Assembly: GCA_025061115.1 (NCBI GenBank)
Contig: JANZKC010000002.1
Span: 448,001 to 512,000 of the forward strand
Length of the DNA stretch: 64,000 nt
Origin: Candidatus Culexmicrobium cathedralense
GTDB taxonomy: Archaea; Thermoproteota; Methanomethylicia; Culexarchaeales; Culexmicrobiaceae
Direction: 5' to 3'
This document shows, piece after piece, positions 60,221-64,000 of the stretch; position 1 is the first letter of the stretch; each line of letters begins with the position of its first letter. The notes below the pieces were generated by a model. That model was not told where the DNA came from. It searched no databases and saw only the letters and a program-made list of their open reading frames with translations. The position numbers and the translations under genes were made by a program.

Positions 60221-61678
60221 CTAGCCCTTAGTCACGCCTAATGGAACCAGCCTAGCAACTAGAGTTGCAATGCCAAGCTTATGTGAAACCTGCGCGACCA
60301 TGTCTATGTTCTTGTAGGCCTCAGGAGCCTCCTCACATATTACCCGCATACTAGCCGCTCTAACCAAAATACCCCTATCCTCAAGCTTCCTCCTAACATC
60401 CCTAGCATAGAACTGCCTCTTGGCAGCAGCCCTGCTCAGCATTCTGCCCGCGCCATGAGCAGTTGACCCAAAGCTAATTTCCATAGCCTTAGGCTGCCCC
60501 AAGAGCACGTACGAGGCAGTCCCCATGGAACCTGGAATCAGAACAGGCTGCCCAACATCCCTATACTTAGCTGGAACATCCGGATGGCCTCTTGGGAAAG
60601 CCCTAGTAGCACCTTTACGGTGAACGAAAACCCTGCGCCTCTCACCATTAACCCTATGCTCTTCAAGCTTAGCTATGTTGTGAGCAACGTCGTAAACAAG
60701 CTTTAAGCCAAGGGATTCAGCTGATGATTTAAATACCCTCTCGAAAGCCTCCCTAGTCCAGTGCATGATGCACTGCCTATTAGCCCAAGCGAAGTTGCAT
60801 GCAGCAGACATAGCTGCAAAGTAGTCTTCAGCCTCCCTACTATTAGCAGGAGCGCAGGCAAGCTCCCTATCCGGAAGCTTAATCCCATACTTGTGAACAG
60901 CCCTCTCCATAACCCTAAGGTAGTCGGAGCAAACTTGATGCCCAAAACCCCTCGAGCCAGTGTGAATCATTATGGTGACCTGCCCCTCATGGGTTATTCC
61001 AAGGCGCTTGGCAACTTCAGGATTGTATATTTTATCTACATACTGGATCTCAAGGAAGTGATTGCCGCTTCCAAGCGTGCCAAGCTGATTAGATCCCCTG
61101 GACTTAGCTCTACTGGAAATTTTGTCCGGATCAGCCGCCTCCATTCTACCCCTCTCCTCACAGAACTCAGCGTCTTCAGGCCACCCATAGCCATGCTCTA
61201 TAGCCCACTGAACACCGGAAACAAGAACCTCATCGAGCTGGGATGTTGAAAGCCTAATCTTACCAGTTGAACCTACTCCTGACGGTATAAGTCTAAACAG
61301 CGTGTCTAAAAGCTCGGGAAGAACCTTGACTACATCCGCCCTATCCAAGTCCGTTCTAATGAGCCTAACACCGCAGTTGATGTCATAGCCAACTCCTCCA
61401 GGGCTAATCACTCCCTCCTCAGCGTCTAGAGCAGCAACACCGCCAATTGGAAAGCCATAGCCTTGATGGCCATCAGGAAGAACTATAGCATACTTATATA
61501 TTCCAGGTAGATGAGCAATGTTGACGCACTGCTCCAAAGTTAAGTCCTGCTGCATCTTTTGAAGAAGATACTCATTAGCGTAAACCCTTCCGGGAACCCT
61601 CATTCCAGGCTTAGTTCCCTTCGGTATCTCCCAAACGTATGCGTCGATTTTCCTTAAAGAAATTCTCGGCATAAACAA
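60221..61678 (-). CDS. rtcB: tRNA-splicing ligase RtcB
   Basis: PDGHQGYG, DINCG, GNHF, HRKGA and HGAGR motifs. Confidence 0.96.
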   Translation of the reverse strand: MFMPRISLRKIDAYVWEIPKGTKPGMRVPGRVYANEYLLQKMQQDLTLEQCVNIAHLPGIYKYAIVLPDGHQGYGFPIGGVAALDAEEGVISPGGVGYDINCGVRLIRTDLDRADVVKVLPELLDTLFRLIPSGVGSTGKIRLSTSQLDEVLVSGVQWAIEHGYGWPEDAEFCEERGRMEAADPDKISSRAKSRGSNQLGTLGSGNHFLEIQYVDKIYNPEVAKRLGITHEGQVTIMIHTGSRGFGHQVCSDYLRVMERAVHKYGIKLPDRELACAPANSREAEDYFAAMSAACNFAWANRQCIMHWTREAFERVFKSSAESLGLKLVYDVAHNIAKLEEHRVNGERRRVFVHRKGATRAFPRGHPDVPAKYRDVGQPVLIPGSMGTASYVLLGQPKAMEISFGSTAHGAGRMLSRAAAKRQFYARDVRRKLEDRGILVRAASMRVICEEAPEAYKNIDMVAQVSHKLGIATLVARLVPLGVTKG

Positions 61679-61726
61679 CCCCCCAATACAAGTTGACTGA
61701 GGGGCAAAAAGCTTTTTGGTAGTGGC

Positions 61727-62200
61727 GTGATAAAAATTGCGATGAGAGTTAAACTAACGAGAATATTAAGCCCCGAAGAGCTTCTTAAGATGGAGAAGAA
61801 CTTAGAGGCAAAGTACGGAGTGGCATTTAGAGAGCTGGTCAACCAGTACTTAAGAGGAGGAAAGCGAAATTCCATATACTCCAAGTGGGCGAAGCTCCAC
61901 TACGCCTACATGGCCTACGAGGAGGAAGGAGAGCTCAACTTCACATTCGACGAATACGTGCACGCACCAATAAGCAAGCTAATGAAGATATTCACCGAAA
62001 AGAAAATTAGAATTTTAATGGAAATAGCTAGAGGCGTTGAATCCATAAGCGACCTCGCGAGGAAAGTCGGAAGGGACGTAACCAACGTCTATAGGGACCT
62101 CAAAATCCTCGAAAAGCACAAAATAGTAAAGCTCGAGAAAGCCGGTAAGCGCGTAATTCCAAGGATTGCAGTGGAGAAATTAACCATCGAGTTCACCTAG
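61727..62200 (+). CDS. wHTH DNA-binding protein
   Basis: SISDLARKVGRDVTNVYRDLKIL. Confidence 0.75.
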   Translation: MIKIAMRVKLTRILSPEELLKMEKNLEAKYGVAFRELVNQYLRGGKRNSIYSKWAKLHYAYMAYEEEGELNFTFDEYVHAPISKLMKIFTEKKIRILMEIARGVESISDLARKVGRDVTNVYRDLKILEKHKIVKLEKAGKRVIPRIAVEKLTIEFT

Positions 62201-62203
62201 CAC

Positions 62204-62638
62204 CTAAAGGTCGAGAACAAATTTGACGACGCATTCACCAGGCCTATCAACTATCTCCATGAGAGAGTAGGTAACCGCCTTAACACCAGTCCTCCTCTCA
62301 TGCCTTGAAGGATCGAACTTCTCGCCGAAAACCTCAGCTTCAAGAACATACTTTCCATTCACCAACTCAATTCGCTTAACATTAAACTTGGAGAAAACAA
62401 GCAAATCAACTTCAAACATGAAGAGAAGCTCCTCAAGCCACATATATAGGAGGGACTCCAAATCCTCACCTTCAACTTTAACGTCGCGCTTCACCCTAGG
62501 ATTAACTTTGGACGTGTCAGTCATGACTTCAAACATGGCCTTAGCGGCATTCCCAAAAGCCTCCCTCAAATCCCTTCCATAAGCAGCAATATAGGCGTCA
62601 GCCATGTGATCGAGAAACTCGAACTCCCTGCCAGCCAT
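62204..62638 (-). CDS. Archease
   Basis: DHMAD, VKAVTY and terminal DL motifs. Confidence 0.93.
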   Translation of the reverse strand: MAGREFEFLDHMADAYIAAYGRDLREAFGNAAKAMFEVMTDTSKVNPRVKRDVKVEGEDLESLLYMWLEELLFMFEVDLLVFSKFNVKRIELVNGKYVLEAEVFGEKFDPSRHERRTGVKAVTYSLMEIVDRPGECVVKFVLDL

Positions 62639-62734
62639 GATTCATCACCAATCACTAGCGAGTGCGAGATTAAATCTCTAACGCCAAGCTAACTGCGAAG
62701 CAATTATATAACTGAGCATCTTAAGAGCTTATGA

Positions 62735-62846
62735 GCCGGGGTGGCCGAGCGGACTAAATGAGCATCACAGCTCAGGTAAAGGCGCAGGCCTTGAGAGCCT
62801 GTGCCCCATGCGGGGCGCGTGGGTTCGAATCCCACCCCCGGCGCCA
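62735..62846 (+). tRNA. tRNA-Ser(TGA) with a ~23-nt non-canonical D-arm intron (~62758-62780)
   Basis: CAGGC-CT-TGA-GA-GCCTG, long variable arm, CCA; extra TGAGC/GCTCA hairpin inside the D arm. Confidence 0.9.
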
Positions 62847-64000
62847 TATTCCAAGCTAAAGATAAGCCGCCTTCTTGCTCTTTTCGGCTAAAAGGCCGCT
62901 AAAATCGGACTTGAATATTGCGCGGCATCTTTATTTCGCATCCCGGTTCGAACCCTCAAACTCATTATACCGGCGTGCCATTTCTTTTTCGGGGCTGCGC
63001 TTTGGGCTCCGATACAAGAAGCAAGGTCCTCAGCCTCCTAAGCGACTGCAGACCTAGAAGCTTTAGCGAGATAGTTAGGGAGACCGGGCTCGGCAGGAAG
63101 GCCGTTGAGAGGGTGCTCTACAGGCTGTGGAAGGAAAGATTCTGAGGAGCGAGCGCCAGTTCATGGAGGCCCAGCGGATCTTCAAGGGCAGGGGAGAAGT
63201 CACGCGAAACCTAAGAAAAAACTATCTCTACGTCCTTAAGCCGGAGGGGAGAGATTCCGTGAAGATAGACGGCGTGCACTTCGTCAGGTATAAGGAGAGG
63301 GAGACCCCGAGGCTGAGCTATGAGTTCCTAAAGAGTAACTGTGGCAGAGCGTTCTTCTCAAAGGAGATAGCCGAAGCGGTCAAGGACAGGGAAATCAAGC
63401 CGCCGGACGTGATGACGAGCGTCAGAAGGCTTGGGAGGAAGGGACTGGTCTACGTGAGGGGCTACAGGTCGGGCAGCAGGAAGACACCCTTCAAGGAGGG
63501 CTTCCTGATAACTTGGATAGACCCCTCTAAACCGAGGGAGCTGGCGATGGAAGAGGCTGTGGAAAGAACCGAGTGCACGCTGATGGAGAAGGTTGCGTCT
63601 AGCCTGCTCATGCAGAGAATAAGGATGGTACGCGACCTAGCCTTGCTGGTGCTGGAGCGAGATCTTCCATCAGGCTTGTCCGATCAGCCACATACTTTCC
63701 CATCTACTTCTTCTTCGGAATAATAATCTTCCCCTTCGTAGAAGAATGCTATGGCGATTTATCTCTAGGTCTCAGAGTACCAGGCTTAGAAGTGATAACC
63801 CCCAAAGTTTTTAGAGGTTTCCTATACGTAATTACCCTATTACCAATAATGGCATCAATAAAGGAAAATGGAAACATCAGCCATAGCCCTATTCTCAATG
63901 CTATTCATACCCGGAGCCTTTCTCCCTCTAATATTAAGGGCTACCCCCTACAAATAGTCCCATTCCACCTACTAGCGGACTCATAGTTTACGGTTTTATC
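62847..64000. mobile_element. Start of an integrated element at tRNA-Ser(TGA), probably continuing past the window
   Basis: Terminal sequence and first gene are homologous to those next to tRNA-Ala. Confidence 0.65.
63002..63723 (+). pseudogene. Frameshifted wHTH-domain gene
   Basis: KVLSLLSDCRPRSFSEIVRETGLGRKAVERVLYRLWK joins EGKILRSE... through a frameshift at ~63133. Confidence 0.65.

Noticed and set aside
31600-62600. Numerous 60-240 aa ORFs antisense to or nested in housekeeping genes
   Set aside because: They are shadow ORFs without motifs, overlapping confidently assigned genes.
1-64000. CRISPR array or cas genes
   Set aside because: No regularly spaced repeats were seen. The only RuvC protein is an IS-encoded TnpB.

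Overview
This is an archaeal chromosome segment, most likely from a thermophilic Thermoproteota/TACK lineage (inferred from gene content: Rpo4, L21e, Pus10, archease, SRP RNA and intron-containing tRNAs). About 26.7-62.8 kb is mostly housekeeping: translation and RNA modification genes, gatCAB, srp54, SRP RNA, rpl3/4/23/2, rtcB/archease, and a korABC-mvhDGA run. Three tRNA-anchored accessory regions are present. (1) A decayed ~5.9 kb element at tRNA-Ala(CGC) carries an AbiE-like toxin-antitoxin pair, an apparently intact IS608-like tnpA/tnpB element and a PD-(D/E)xK nuclease. (2) An AT-rich ~15 kb island at tRNA-Val(GAC) has a nonsense-inactivated integrase and an intact four-gene operon: DNA amino-methyltransferase, 541-aa unknown, SF2 helicase and a DUF1998-like/PLD nuclease fusion. 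This operon is the best candidate for an undescribed DISARM/Dpd-related defence system. (3) An element starting at tRNA-Ser(TGA) shares its terminal sequence and first gene with element 1. All calls come from manual motif reading; no database searches were run.
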